From the NCBI GenBank assembly GCA_963845755.1, contig CAWJTV010000033.1, positions 192,001-256,000 on the forward strand: DNA of 64,000 bases. Reading direction: 5' to 3'. Below the pieces are notes generated by a model. That model did no database searches, had not been told where the DNA came from, and worked only from the letters and a program-made list of their open reading frames with translations. The stretch comes from an uncultured Planctomycetota bacterium. GTDB lineage: Bacteria > Planctomycetota > Planctomycetia > Isosphaerales > Isosphaeraceae. A program made the translations under genes and the position numbers. Of this stretch, positions 21,191 through 33,500 are shown piece by piece (the first letter of the stretch is position 1; the number at the start of each line of letters is the position of its first letter).

Positions 21191-23047
21191 TTAATAAGGA
21201 TTCAGTTGAGCTTTATTATATATGCCAACCGCCTCCGTTACGGTTTTTGCCTTTCTGAATTCCACGGTTGCCGTAGGACCGATCTTACTCACGAGCTTAT
21301 TGAGGAATGAAGGATCATCTCGGAAATAAGCGTCGAGCAGCTCCTTGTCATTGACACGTAGCGACCCGAGTATTTCCATCAACATTTTCTTCTCTTTTGA
21401 ATAGTAGCCGGTTTCGATCTCCGCCCCAATCTGAGCACACACAAGCATGGCGATATAATCTGTCGCGCCTTCGTTCATCAAGTGCCCCAGAGCACTCGCG
21501 AAACCCGCCCCTCCAAACTTGTGTACAGCTTCATGAACTGCGATACGGAAGCCGACTTTGTTTGGTCGAAGATAGATCTTTCCATCTTTGTCGCTCTGGA
21601 AACCGTGGACCCTGTCGATTTTGCTCGCCTCCCGCATGCGAACAGTCTCGATGACATCCTTTGACTTGCCGATTAGCAGATGGCCATTAAGATGAAGCCA
21701 ATCCTCCCAATGCCGTTTAGCGAATTCTGCGTCTTTCAACACGACAACGTCACCCGCTACCTTCTTCCCACTTTTGACTTGTTCGATGATGTACTCCGAG
21801 ACATGCGGAGAATCCTGCAGCAACTTGTCAATTTCAACTCCAGGCGATTTGGGCATCTCCATTCTTCCGGAGCAAATGTCGTCAATCGTGGGTTCGACGG
21901 ACTCCGATCGCGCACGATCAGAATACTCCGCGGCCGAAGACCTAACTTCTTCCTTGCTCATGGTTTCGAGCAGCCGATCCCAATTGGCCGTATCGTTTCC
22001 GGCGCGAGCCTTGAGCCAGCTTGAAAAACTAGCTAGTTGGTCTATATCAGCTTTTAATTCATCGAACATTTCCTTGAGTGTAACCCTCTGGACCACTCTC
22101 GGGGGACCGGAAATGGGGGCGCAGTTCGATTTCTTTGCCACCACGCCGGGCCTTCGAGCAAGGATCGGTCCAGTTCTCCGCTGGACCGAAGCATGATCCA
22201 CAACGCGCGCTGGCAAGATCGCCCCATTCGCCGCGACGGTCTTCGGCCGGGAAGCCAAACCAGCGACCGATCCGCTCCCCGTAATCTTCGCCGGGATTGG
22301 CAGGGGCGCCGACGCCGCCCGCATCCCCATTCGGTCTGCTTCGGCCTCGAGCGCCGGGTCTTGCACGACCGCCAGTCCCGAGCCTAGCGGATTACGCACC
22401 CGACCCGCCCTCTGCTGCACCACGTGCGTCAACTCGTGACCGAGGAGGTGTTGGCCCTGTATCGACTGCGGATTGTACTGGCCGGGTGCGAAGTAAAGGT
22501 CCGAGCCGTGAGTAAAGGCCAGCGCACCAATGGCCGTGGCCTCGGGTCCGACGTGCACGCGGACATCCGCGAAACTGGTGTTGTAGAATGCCTCCATCTT
22601 CCTCAGGATCGGCTCGGGTAGGGGCTGGCCGCTACCGTGCGGTTTGAGCATGAAATTCGCCGGCAGAGCAAACGCATTGCCAGCCTGGGGTTGCACAGCC
22701 GTCGGGGTTGCCGGTGCCGGCAAGATCGGCCGGGGCAATTGCGGGCGTGGCGGCATCGCCGGCACAAGGGCGCCGGGCTGCGGCTTGGCTGGGAGGATCA
22801 CGCGGGGTGGTTGACCGGGGCGGATCGCCGGCTGATGAGCCCCGGTGGCGGCACGGCCAGGCAGGATCGGAGCCGGCGGAGAATCCGGGCGCGACTGGAC
22901 CGAGGCCGCCACTTGCGGCCGAACCGGCGCAGCAAGGGCGGGAGACGGCTGGAGTGTCTTGGGGCGCCCGCCGGGGAAAAAGCCCTGGATCACGCGGGAC
23001 GAGATGCCGGGACGAGCGGCGGAGATCGGTCCGGATGAAGGCGTCAT
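21191..23047 (-). CDS. DUF4157 (eCIS core domain) protein with C-terminal HExxH metallopeptidase-like domain
   Basis: GQPLP...FADVRVH...GALAFTHGSDLYFAPGQY...LLGHELTHVVQQ...EAEAD, VQR linkers, and C-terminal HEAVH...NEGATDY. Confidence 0.85.
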   Translation of the reverse strand: MTPSSGPISAARPGISSRVIQGFFPGGRPKTLQPSPALAAPVRPQVAASVQSRPDSPPAPILPGRAATGAHQPAIRPGQPPRVILPAKPQPGALVPAMPPRPQLPRPILPAPATPTAVQPQAGNAFALPANFMLKPHGSGQPLPEPILRKMEAFYNTSFADVRVHVGPEATAIGALAFTHGSDLYFAPGQYNPQSIQGQHLLGHELTHVVQQRAGRVRNPLGSGLAVVQDPALEAEADRMGMRAASAPLPIPAKITGSGSVAGLASRPKTVAANGAILPARVVDHASVQRRTGPILARRPGVVAKKSNCAPISGPPRVVQRVTLKEMFDELKADIDQLASFSSWLKARAGNDTANWDRLLETMSKEEVRSSAAEYSDRARSESVEPTIDDICSGRMEMPKSPGVEIDKLLQDSPHVSEYIIEQVKSGKKVAGDVVVLKDAEFAKRHWEDWLHLNGHLLIGKSKDVIETVRMREASKIDRVHGFQSDKDGKIYLRPNKVGFRIAVHEAVHKFGGAGFASALGHLMNEGATDYIAMLVCAQIGAEIETGYYSKEKKMLMEILGSLRVNDKELLDAYFRDDPSFLNKLVSKIGPTATVEFRKAKTVTEAVGIYNKAQLNPY

Positions 23048-23439
23048 CGATCCAACCTCAAGAGGAATACCCTCGATCTGTGATTAGCCAGCACACCCGG
23101 TCATGACGGAGTCATCAAACCCAGCACCCCAACAACTGCGAGATGAGCGTGGGCATCGGCATCGTCGGGCCAAGCGACTCACTCTAATCCTGCATTATTG
23201 AATTGCGACGAACTTGGCGTCAAAGGGTCGCCACGAAAAACATGGAACTGGCCACGGTACGACCGGAACACCCAGACCGAAGGCGCACGCGGCACGATCG
23301 GCCGGGGGCCTTTGGTTTCCAGTTCCGGGCACATGAAGGCTGGGAACGGGTTGGGAAATGTTTTCCCACTCAGATCGATGCGCCTCGCGCCGGGGACGGA
23401 CCGTTCAGCAAGAGGGTGGCGCTCCGCGTCCGACGCGGT

Positions 23440-23900
23440 TCACTCCGGCCCCGGCTCCGCGACGGGCACCGTCACTCTGTGGGAGACAGCGAAGCTGACG
23501 GGGGAGCCGTACGTCTTGTCCGGCGACCGGCTGCGCACCAGGTCGACCGCGGCGACGGGCCAGCCCGAAGGGGTGTGTTCGAGCCTGTAGGTCTGCCGCT
23601 CGTTGCGGTCGAGATAGAAGGCTTCCATCACGATCCGGCAGGCGTCAAGGCTTTCGGGCTCTGCGGCGAAGATGGCGTGGCTCTAACGGGAGGCAGCGGG
23701 TTTCAGGTCGTCAGCGACGCCCGTCCACCCGCGGTCGCGGGGCGGACCGGTGAAGGCGTCGAGCTAGCCCTGCAGGTTGCCGAGGCGTCCCCGGTCCACC
23801 AGGTCGCGGAGCCGGGCCTCGGCGGCAGCGAAGAGGGAAGGCGGTTCCGGTATCGGTGCGGGGCCGGGTGCGATGAGAGTCGAATTCGCAAACCGGCTAG
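23440..23900 (-). pseudogene. decayed fragment of a hypothetical protein
   Basis: Coding-like reading AEARLRDLVDRGRLGNLQG*LDAFTG...EAFYLDRNERQTYRL with an in-frame TAG and no start context. Confidence 0.35.
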
Positions 23901-24085
23901 CTGGTGACGGCGGGGCAGTAGACCAAACGAAAGGTTGCTTGACTCAGGCGTATGGATGGATATTGGACTTCATCTCTCGGTGCGTTCTACTGTAGTGGAT
24001 ACGCTTCCCGTAACGACTTTTCGAGACGAATTACGCCTCCGCGATGATCGGCGTTGAGATGTGCCGAGCCAGTGATCGCCGGGTT

Positions 24086-26509
24086 TCACGGAAATAGTTC
24101 GACGGTTTGTGAGGTCACGATCGCGGAGCCGACCCCCTCGACCCGAGTCCCGCGTTCGGCGCCTGTGGCATTGTGGACCGCGGTGATGAGCCGGGTCAGG
24201 TCGACCGGCTTGGTGAGGTGTGCGGCGAACCCCGCATCCAGGCTCGCCTGGACGTCCTCTTCCGACCCGTACCCGCTCATCGCGATCGCCGGCAGTCCCC
24301 TCCCGCGCAGTTGCCGCATCAATTCCAACCCCGTCCCGTCGGGCAGCTCGATGTCGCTGACCAGCAGGTCCAAAGAGGGGTCGGCCGCGGCCAGGAGCGC
24401 CTCCGAAAGGCGTTCCGCCACCGTCACCTCATAGCCACGCGCACCCAGCACCAGGGCGAGACACTTGAGCGTGTCCTTGTTGTCCTCCACGACGAGGATT
24501 CTTAGTCCCCTCGACTGCGGCAGGGGGCAGGGGAACGAGCCCGAGGGCGGCTTCACGACGGCGGGCCGCGTGATCGTGGGTAGCTCCAGCACGAAGGTGC
24601 TGCCCCGACCTGACCCCAGGCTTGTCGCGGTCAGCCGGCCGCCATGGGCCTCGGCCAGCGCCCTGCCAATCGCCAGTCCCAACCCCAACCCGCCGCGATG
24701 ACGCGGAGAGACCTCGCCCTGCTCGAATGGCTCGAAGATCCGGGTCAGGGACTCCGCTTCGATGCCGGCTCCGTTGTCGACCACCTCGATCTCGAGGCGC
24801 GGTCGGCCGCCAGGCACCCGGGGGAGCCGGTTGCGGGAGCGGACGACGATGGAACCGCCGGGGTGGGTGAACTTCGTGGCATTGCCGATCAGGTTCCAGA
24901 TGATCTGCTGGAGCCGTGCCGGATCGGCTTCCACGTGGTGTTCGGCAGCAGTCAGGTCCGACCTCAGCGCGATCCGGCCCTTTTCGATTTCACCGAGGCA
25001 GTTCTGGACGGCATGGCGGACGGCATCGTGAGCGTCGACGATGCGGAGGTCGAGATGGAGGCTCCCGCGACCGATCCGGGTAACGTCCAGCAGGTCATCG
25101 ATCAGCCGAGCTTCCAGCTCGACGTTGCGGCGGATCATTTCCAGCGTCGGGCGGAGACCGGGCATCTCGTCCTCGTCGAGCAGCGCCGAGACGGCCATCA
25201 GGACGGGGGAAAGCGGGGTACGCAGTTCATGGCTGAGGACGGCCAGGAAGCGCCCCTTGGCCCGGTCGGCCGCCTCGGCCTCCTGCCGCGCCTGTCGGGC
25301 CGCGCGGTACAGACGGGCGTTATCCACGGCCAGTGCGGCGCGGCGGGCCAACTCCTCGGCCAGCGTCAGGTCGGACGCGTCGTAGCGGCGAAGTCTGTCG
25401 GTGTGGATCAGGGTGACGACGCCCAGCACCCGCCCCCGCGCCGTCAGCGGGATGCACAGGTACGACGCGAAACCCAGCCGCCGGAGGACCTCCAGGTGCG
25501 CGGCATTGCGGGCCGTCGCCGCCAGGGTGGCATCATCGACCTGTTCGGTCGCCTCGGCACGGCCGCTCCGCAGGGCCCGCATCGCCGGGTGGGGGCCTTG
25601 AGGGTCGGGCGGGTAGCGCCGCAGTTCGTCGACCAGGGGCTGCTTGGCCGGGTCGGCGTGGGCGGCCGCCGCCCGGATGACCGTCCCGTTCTCCTGAATC
25701 ATGTCGATCAGGCAGAGGTCGACCGGCAGTCGCACCGCCAGGCAGGCCAGGGCGTCGAGCGTGGCCTCGTCGTCGAGCGACGAGGACAGAACCGCACCCG
25801 CCTCGGCCAGGAGCCGCTGGGCCTCCTCCGCCCGCTTCCGTCCGGTGATTTCGCGGACGTTGCAGACCATGCCGGCGACGGCCGCGTCGTTGAGCAGGTT
25901 GGTGACGGTGCCGTCCAGCCACCGCCAGGTCCCGTTCTTGTCCCGGATCCGGTAGTCCACGCCCCGGCTGGCACCGGGCTCCCCCCGCAGTTCGTCGAGC
26001 AGGCGGCCGACCCGCCCCCGGTCGTCCGGGTGGATCAGCTCGAGTGCGTCGCGGCCGACGAGATCTTCGGGGGCATGGCCCAGCGTGTGCGTGACGGTCG
26101 GGCTGGCGTACCTCACGATCCCGTCGGCGGAGACGACCGAGATAACGTCCCAGCCCCTCTCGATCAAGGCACGGAACCGCTGCTCGTTCCGCTCGGCCCG
26201 CCGCCGGGCGGCGTGCAGGACCTCGGCCAGGGCGCTGATCGACACCCCGCTGGCGATGCCCAGGACCAGCCGCACGATCCGCCAGTAGGGGAAGGATGTG
26301 TGTGAGGTCAGCAGGACGATCACGGCGGTGGCCATCAGTCCCGGCCCGAGACCGCCGTACCAGGCCGAGAGCAAGACGCCGAAGAAATAGACGAGGATCG
26401 GCGTCCCCGCCCCGTCCCGGATCGCCGGGATGTTCATCACCGCTACGCCCAGAGCGAGGATTATCACGGCGAACCCGTAGCGTCGAATCCGGTCGGAGAA
26501 TGTCCTCAT
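24086..26509 (-). CDS. hybrid sensor histidine kinase (membrane DUF4118-like, PAS, GAF, HisKA, HATPase, receiver)
   Basis: IHPDD PAS motif, LSHELRTPL H-box, QIIWNLIGNA N-box, DNGAGI, GLGLGL, and a receiver with VEDN...SDIELPD...KP. Confidence 0.95.
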   Translation of the reverse strand: MRTFSDRIRRYGFAVIILALGVAVMNIPAIRDGAGTPILVYFFGVLLSAWYGGLGPGLMATAVIVLLTSHTSFPYWRIVRLVLGIASGVSISALAEVLHAARRRAERNEQRFRALIERGWDVISVVSADGIVRYASPTVTHTLGHAPEDLVGRDALELIHPDDRGRVGRLLDELRGEPGASRGVDYRIRDKNGTWRWLDGTVTNLLNDAAVAGMVCNVREITGRKRAEEAQRLLAEAGAVLSSSLDDEATLDALACLAVRLPVDLCLIDMIQENGTVIRAAAAHADPAKQPLVDELRRYPPDPQGPHPAMRALRSGRAEATEQVDDATLAATARNAAHLEVLRRLGFASYLCIPLTARGRVLGVVTLIHTDRLRRYDASDLTLAEELARRAALAVDNARLYRAARQARQEAEAADRAKGRFLAVLSHELRTPLSPVLMAVSALLDEDEMPGLRPTLEMIRRNVELEARLIDDLLDVTRIGRGSLHLDLRIVDAHDAVRHAVQNCLGEIEKGRIALRSDLTAAEHHVEADPARLQQIIWNLIGNATKFTHPGGSIVVRSRNRLPRVPGGRPRLEIEVVDNGAGIEAESLTRIFEPFEQGEVSPRHRGGLGLGLAIGRALAEAHGGRLTATSLGSGRGSTFVLELPTITRPAVVKPPSGSFPCPLPQSRGLRILVVEDNKDTLKCLALVLGARGYEVTVAERLSEALLAAADPSLDLLVSDIELPDGTGLELMRQLRGRGLPAIAMSGYGSEEDVQASLDAGFAAHLTKPVDLTRLITAVHNATGAERGTRVEGVGSAIVTSQTVELFP

Positions 26510-27533
26510 GGGCGAGCCCTCCACCGACCATCAGCACGCGCTTACGCTCGCGAGTCAGGACACATCGCTGGCCTCGGCGGATCGAGAGGCGCCATGGGGG
26601 GCCGATTGCAACCCGGGAATCTCTCTCCCGCCGAAACGAACGACCTGCCTGCTAATGCGTCCAGGCCGCTTCCCTCGGGTCGCGACAGCTAGCTGACCCA
26701 GCAGGATGCTGATGTCTTTCCTCTGAACCTGACGCCGGCCGCGAGGGCCTCACGGGAGGCCGCCCAGTTCCTCCCAGCCTCTTGAGTCCCGTACCGCCGA
26801 TTTCAGACCATTCCTATTATAGCCAATACTGGCAGGCATTCAAGCCAACTAAAGGATGGGAGGCGTATTCGCCTCCGTACAACCGCCTCGGTACACAAAA
26901 GGCTGCAGAAACAGGGGACTGTTGGTACTCCCGGCAGAATGAGTAATCTCCATGATCTCACAAACAATTCGACGCGCCCGCCAGCGACGCTGGCCTTGAC
27001 CGTCGCCGGAGGCCCGGCCGATCCGCTCCTGGGTCATCGAAGTCGCAGATCGACCGCGCGCTCGCGCCAATCCACCGGCAGATAGAATTTTTCAAGAAAA
27101 TTATTCCCTTATATTATAGAGAGTTAGGTCAAGATTCTTGCTCATTTTGGCCGAAATGCGTTCTCGTTTTTTCCAAGTTGCGGCATCCTAACTAATAACA
27201 AGTCCTCCGTCCTCAAGCCTTCTGAGGTTGCCTTCCCGCATGATTCGCCGAGATCGGGGCCCCGAGGCGGGAAAAGCGACAGCACATAGCGTTGCATCCA
27301 CCCAGTAATAGTACGCACAAACTCAACCAAGATCGAATGGATGCCACCATCAGAACATGATCGATATTTGAGAGCCGACGAACGAATCCGAGCTCGCACA
27401 TGTCAGACCCAAACGACGAAGAGCTTCATGATTTTAGGCGTCACCATAACTGTGAGAATGGAACTAAGCGTGCATGCTATCTTATGTCGAACCGGGTTCC
27501 TGGAGCAACCCTCAAATCGTTTCTCATCCTCAG

Positions 27534-27720
27534 AACTTCGAAATCGAAGCCACGATTATCCGGAATGTATCGATTCGCGAGTCCCCCAGTTCGATATCGA
27601 AACCGCGCGAACGAACCCGACATCGGAAACTTCGAAATCGAAGCCACGGTTATCCGGAATGTATCGATTGCGTGACCATTCCCAACCTCGATATCGAAAT
27701 CGCGCGAACGAAGCCAACAG
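27534..27720. repeat. two-copy tandem repeat, period about 94 bp
   Basis: aacttcgaaatcgaagccacg(a/g)ttatccggaatgtatcgatt...tcgatatcgaaa(c/t)cgcgcgaacgaa starts at 27534 and again at 27628. Confidence 0.85.
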
Positions 27721-28159
27721 GCCGCATAAACCGCCGGACCGGAAGAAATCGCGAAATCGGTGAAATCAACTCAACCGAGGAAATCGCGCTTAACACCTTA
27801 CACGGCAAGTTCGTCACAATCGGGAGAACTTCCACGGCGGAGTTCGGGTGACCAACGGCCCGCTCGGCGCCCCCAGAAAGCCGAGGATCGGGCTGAGGCG
27901 ACGTGTGTGAATTCTAGATTGCATGGATCAAATCGAAGCGGATCGATGGGAGGAAAGGCACCCGATACCCGCGCGGAGAGCGACCCGACTCTCCCTCGCG
28001 TGATCGGGGGCATCCTTCCTGCACTCGACTCAGTCGTCGCCTTGTGTGGGAAACGTCCGACGGGACCCAGCGTGCGTCTGCGAATCCCTGCCGCCCGACT
28101 CGGTGGGTCAACGATTCGTCAACTGAACACGGAACACTCAGCGACCGGAGCGAGCGGAG

Positions 28160-30483
28160 ATGGCCGATTTCGCCGCAGATGTCTTGAAGCTGGTCTCCGA
28201 ACCGGGTTACAAGCCGATCACGCTCAAGGCGATGTCGCGTCGGTTCCAGATGGATGCCGACGACTACGCCGAGTTTCGCGCCACGGTCAAAGGATTGATC
28301 AAGGAGGGGAAGCTCGACCTGGCCAAGGACAAGACCCTGCGCCGGCCCGATCAAGCGGGGATGATCGTCGGGCTCTTCCGCCGTTCGGCCCGGGGATTCG
28401 GGTTCGTCCGCCCCCATTCGACGTCCGCGCGTTTGGAGTCGATCTACATCGCGCCCGAGGCGGCCGGCGATGCTTCCAGCGGCGACGAGGTCGCGGTCAA
28501 GATCACCAAGCGCAGCGCGTCGGCCTGGGATGAACGATGAGGGGCGGGTCGTCCAGATCCTGGCGCGGGCCTCGGGGATCTTCGTCGGCACGTATTTCGA
28601 GGAAGCCGGTTTCGGATTCGTCCGGATCGACGGCACGACGTTTCACGACCCCATCGACGTCGGCGACCCGGGCGCCAAGGGAGCCAGGCCCGGCGACAAG
28701 GTGGCCGTCGAGATCGTCCGATACCCCAGTCCGTACCAGGAAGGCGAGGGGGTCATCACCGAGATCCTCGGCCAGCGGGGCATGCCGGGCGTCGATACGT
28801 TGACGGTCATCCGCGCGTTCAACATCCCCGACACCTTCGATGAGGACGTCCTCGATGAGGCGCGCGATCAGGCCAAGCGATTCGACGAAGCCGAGATCGG
28901 GCCGCGCGAGGACCTCCGGGATCTCCTCTGCGTGACGATCGACCCGGCCACCGCGCGCGACTTCGACGATGCCATCTCCCTCGCGCGCGACGAACAAGGT
29001 TACTGGAGCCTGGGCGTGCACATCGCCGACGTGTCGCATTTCGTCCGAGCGGGATCCCCCTCGACCGCTCGGCTCGCGACCGCGGCACGAGCGTCTACCT
29101 GCCCGATCGCGTCATCCCCATGCTTCCGGAGATCCTCTCGAACAGTCTTGCAAGCCTCCAGGCCGGTCGCACGCGGTACACCGTCAGTGCCTTCCTCGAG
29201 TTCAACAGCGAGGGGATCCTGACTTCGAAGCGGTTCGCTCGTTCGGCGATCCGGGTCGACCACCGCTTTACCTACGAGCAGGCCCTGACGGTCATGAAGG
29301 CCCCCGCGGCGGCTCATCACGGTGTCGCCCCCGCGGTGGCCCGCATGCTAGGCGAGATGCTCGAGCTGGCCATGATCCTCCGCAATCGTCGCTTCGAGCG
29401 CGGGCGCTGGAGTTGAACCTTCCCGAGGTCGGGATCGAGCTGGGCGACCAGGGTGAGGTCACCGGCGCGCATCTCGCCTCTCACGACGAGAGCCACCAGG
29501 TCATCGAGGAATTCATGCTCGCGGCGAACGAGGCCGTCGCGACGACTCTCGGCGCGCAGGGGATCCTCTTCCTCCGGCGCGCCCATCCCGACCCCGAGCC
29601 CTTCAAGCTCGACGAGTTCGCCGAATTCGCCCGCAGCCTGGGCCTGGCCATCGAGTTGCCGCAGAGCCGCTTCGAGCTCCAACGCGTCCTGAAGGAGACG
29701 GCCGGCCGGCCGGAAGAGTACGCGGTTCACTATGGGTTGCTCCGCAGTCTGAAGCAGGCCAATTATACGCCGGAAGCCGAAGGACACTATGCGCTGGCCA
29801 GCGCGGACTATTGCCACTTCACCTCGCCGATCCGCCGCTACCCGGACTTGCAGGTCCATCGCCAGTTGCTCGCCTGGCTCGAAGAAAAGAAGCCCGCGAA
29901 CCGGCTGGACGAGCTGATCGTCCTGGCCGAGCACTGCACGCGCACCGAACGGCGGGCCGACGCCGCGGAGCGCGAGCTGATCCGCGTGAAACTCCTCTCC
30001 TACCTGGAGACCCGCATCGGCGACTCGTTCCAGGCGGTCATCGTGAGCGTCCAGGACTTCGGCCTGTTCTGCCGGCTGACGCAGTTGCCGGTCGAGGGCC
30101 TCATCCACGTCACGTCCCTGGCGGATGACTACTATTACCTGGAGTCCGGCACGCACACGCTGGTCGGGCGCAGGTCGGGTCGCCGCCACCGGCTGGGCGA
30201 CCGCGCCATCGTCCGGATCGCCCATGTCGAAGTCGATCGCCGCGAGCTCGATCTCGTCCTGGAGGATTCGCCCCTCTCAGGGTCCCGGAGCCGGGCGCGC
30301 GCCGGCGCGGAGCCGAACTCTCCAACCGGTCGCGCCGACGGACCGGTGCGGCGGGGTTCCCAGCGGGGGCGAGCCCGATCTTCCGACGAGCCAGCCCGGC
30401 CCGCCCCGAGCCCGGCGGACTCGACCGCCAAGCGCAAGAAGAGAAAGGCCAAAGCCAAGGCGAAGAAGCGCCGGCGGAAGTGA
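28160..30483 (+). CDS. rnr: ribonuclease R (split by about 3 apparent frameshifts)
   Basis: GFGFV cold-shock domains, TIDPATARDFDDAIS, VHIADVSHFV, IEEFMLAANEAVA, HFTSPIRRYPDL, an S1 domain (EGLIHV) and a basic tail. Confidence 0.95.
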
Positions 30484-30599
30484 AAGATTTGATTCAAGAT
30501 CACATATTCAACATAGAATGCTCAGGCAATGACATTTCAGAACTACTTGTTATGTTCATTAAATTTAAAATCAGGAATCTTCCGATCTTCTCGCATCTT

Positions 30600-33500
30600 T
30601 CAGTCCATTGCGGAGGCCAGTCGAGGGCGTCCGTCCCGGGACTGCCAGATGTGGGCGGCGGCCCGCCGGGTTATTGTGAGAAAGCGTGGGAGCCGGTCCG
30701 GCCGTTGGCCCAGACAGATCAGGTAAGAGGCCGCGATGGCGACCTCGATCTTGGGATCGGCATGGGCCCAGGAGGCAGCCTGTTCCAGGTCGGCCAGCGC
30801 CAGGTCCCAATGGCGGAGCCGGATGTGGCTCCGGGCTCGACCCAGGAACGCCTCCGGGAGCTCGGGATCGCGGAGGAGGGCCAGGGACCACTCCCGGACG
30901 GCCGCGTTGGTATCCTGGAGCATCATCAGGGCGGAGGCCTTGCGCACGTGAACACCTTCCAGTGCGCCCGAGGCGATCGCCCGATCGTAATCCGCGATGG
31001 CGCCCTTCGGATCGCCGCCGGCCTGGCGCAGGGCCCCATGCAATTCGATCAATCCGGGCTCGTCCGACTGGATGGTCAGCCCGAAGTCGACATGCCGTGC
31101 CGCCGCGACCCGGTCGCCGCCGAAGGACAGGACCCGGGCACAGATCAGGTGGGCATACGAGGAGAACTGGGACAACGCGATGGCGCGGCCCGAGGAGGCG
31201 ACAGCCGCGGATTGGTCCCCGAGCGCGGCGAGGATGACGGCCCGGGTCAGCGTTGACCGAAAGGCGGCCCGATCCCGTCCGGCAGCCACGCTGCGCCAGT
31301 CCGTCGGCCGCGGCGCGGAGGTCGGCGTGCAGCCGTTGGCCGCCGATCGGCATCAGGGCGATGGCGTCGGGCCGGTCGAGCTGGAGCTCCTCGAACCGCC
31401 GGTCGGCCAGCAGCGCCGCGTTGCCAGAGCCGCTCATGGGCCGGACACCGGTAAACCCGACGCGCCTCGGCCGCGTCCGAAAGCGCATCCACGGTGTGGC
31501 CCTGGAGGAGTCGGGCCAGCGACCGCGCCGCCAGGATCTCGCCGGGATGCTTCAGAGAAAAGCCCATCTCCAACAACGCGCTCAGGTCCTTCTCCGCCAA
31601 TGCTGCCTGACCGCGTCGAAGTTCCAGCAGTGCCCGGCTGTGACGGACCACCGTGTCGCCGAGGTCCAGCTTCAGCAAGGCATCGTATTCGACTTGAGCG
31701 CGATCGACCGCCCCGGATTCGACGTCGAGATTGGCCCGATTCAGGCGAGCGGCCCGTGCGAGAACGTCCGTGCTATCCAACCTGGTGACATGGTCGTACT
31801 CGGCACGAGCATGCGCGAAATTGCCCAGTTCCTGGTACAAATACCCCAGCTCCAGGTGCACTTTCCGAGCCTCGGGCTGTCCGCGCAGCTCGTCGAGGGC
31901 GGCGTTCATGTCCTCGATCGCATCGGCCCAGTTCCCCTTGGAACGGTAGAGTCGTGCCCGGCTGAATCGCACCCAGGGACTCTTCGGCTTGAGGGCCAGC
32001 GCGATGGCGTAATGAGTCAACGCCTCATCCATCGAACTATCCTGGTCCGCGACGTAGGCCAGGTAGAACTGATACCAATAATTGTCCTGCTCGAGCCGGA
32101 CGGCATGGCGCATCCATTGGATCGCCCGGCTTCTCTGATCGTTGCGCAGGCAGAGCAGGGCCCACTGGAACGACGCGAGGGCCGATTTCTCGGCGCCGAT
32201 CTCGTGGGGCTCGCCTTTGAAAGAGGGGCTATCCCGCCCCGATGGCCGATCCAGCAGACCGTCCCGAGCGTTCCGGGAGCGCTGCACCCAGGCCCGCAGC
32301 GCACGCCAGGGCTCCTTCGGCGTGGCGAACGCCAGAGCGGTGTCGCACAACGCGACGAGCTTCGCGATCCCCTCCTCCCGCAGCCGCCGAGCCTGGTCCC
32401 CGGCTCCTTGTTCCGAAGAGACGAACTCGTCGAGCGTGACGACCCAGAAGAACAGGAGCTGGTTGACCTCGATCCGGAGCCTCTGGAGGCGCGGGGCGTC
32501 GAGCAGTTCGACGATATATTCGAGCTTCGTCCAATCTTGCGAGGTCAGCACGTAGAAGGGGGCCAGCGCGTTCTGGAGCTCGACCCCGGCCTCGGTCAAC
32601 TGGCGACGGTTCAGCAAGAGGCGGAACCGGAGCCGCTCGGCGGTCTGGAACAGCGCATCGGCGTCGCCGCGGATCTGGGCGAACCGTTCGGCGAGTTTTC
32701 GCTTCTGCATGGCCCGGGTCTGGATCTCGTCGAGGTTCGGGCCGAAGTTGAGGTTCCGCAGCTTGTCGACGACCGCCTTGATCGTGGTCGGGAAGCCCCG
32801 CCAACGCGAGGGGTATTTCCGGGGGTCGAGATTGTCGAAGTGGTTGATCAGGTCGATGGTGGCGTCGAGCTGCTTCCGGGCCGTCTCGAACTCGCCGCTA
32901 TCGAACGAGGCCACTCCCTTGTCCAATTCCTTCTGGATGAGCTTCCTCGTATCGTCCCGATCGAGGAGGATGCCGAGGCCGGCGAGGAGGGTGGCGGCCA
33001 GCGCGACGAGGATCGCGGATGCCATGGCGAGCCGTCGTCGCCGTCGCCGCAGCCAGCCGGAGATGCGGCTGACCCAGGGTTCGCGCGAGTGGGGCAGCGG
33101 GAGGTCCTTGGAGACGGCCTGGAGGTCGGCGGCCAGCTCGATGGCGGAGGGATATCGGTCGTTGGGCTCGGGCTCGAGGCAGCGGCGGACGATCGCCTCG
33201 AGGGACGGGGGGATCTCAGACTCCAGTGCCCGCGGGTGGGGGGTCGCGCGTCGGCGGTCGTCGGCCGCCCGGAACAGGGCCTCGACGACCGACGAACCGC
33301 GTCGGGGCGACGCGAACGGCCGCTGTCCCGTCAGGGCCTCGAAGAGCACGACGCCGAGGCTGTAGATGTCGGAGCGGCCGTCGACGGCCTCCGGCCCGCC
33401 CTCGGCGAGGGCCAGGAGGTGCTCGGGAGCCATGTAATCGACGGTCCCGCCCAGGGTGGCGGCGTCGGCGGCCGCGCCGTCGGACGCGACCGGCTCGCGC

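Noticed and set aside
27534..27720. Possible CRISPR array
   Set aside because: Only two units, similar along their whole length rather than repeat plus unique spacer, and no cas genes.
28160..30483. Programmed frameshifting or pseudogenisation of rnr
   Set aside because: Several shifts without clear slippery sites, matching the window-wide error pattern.
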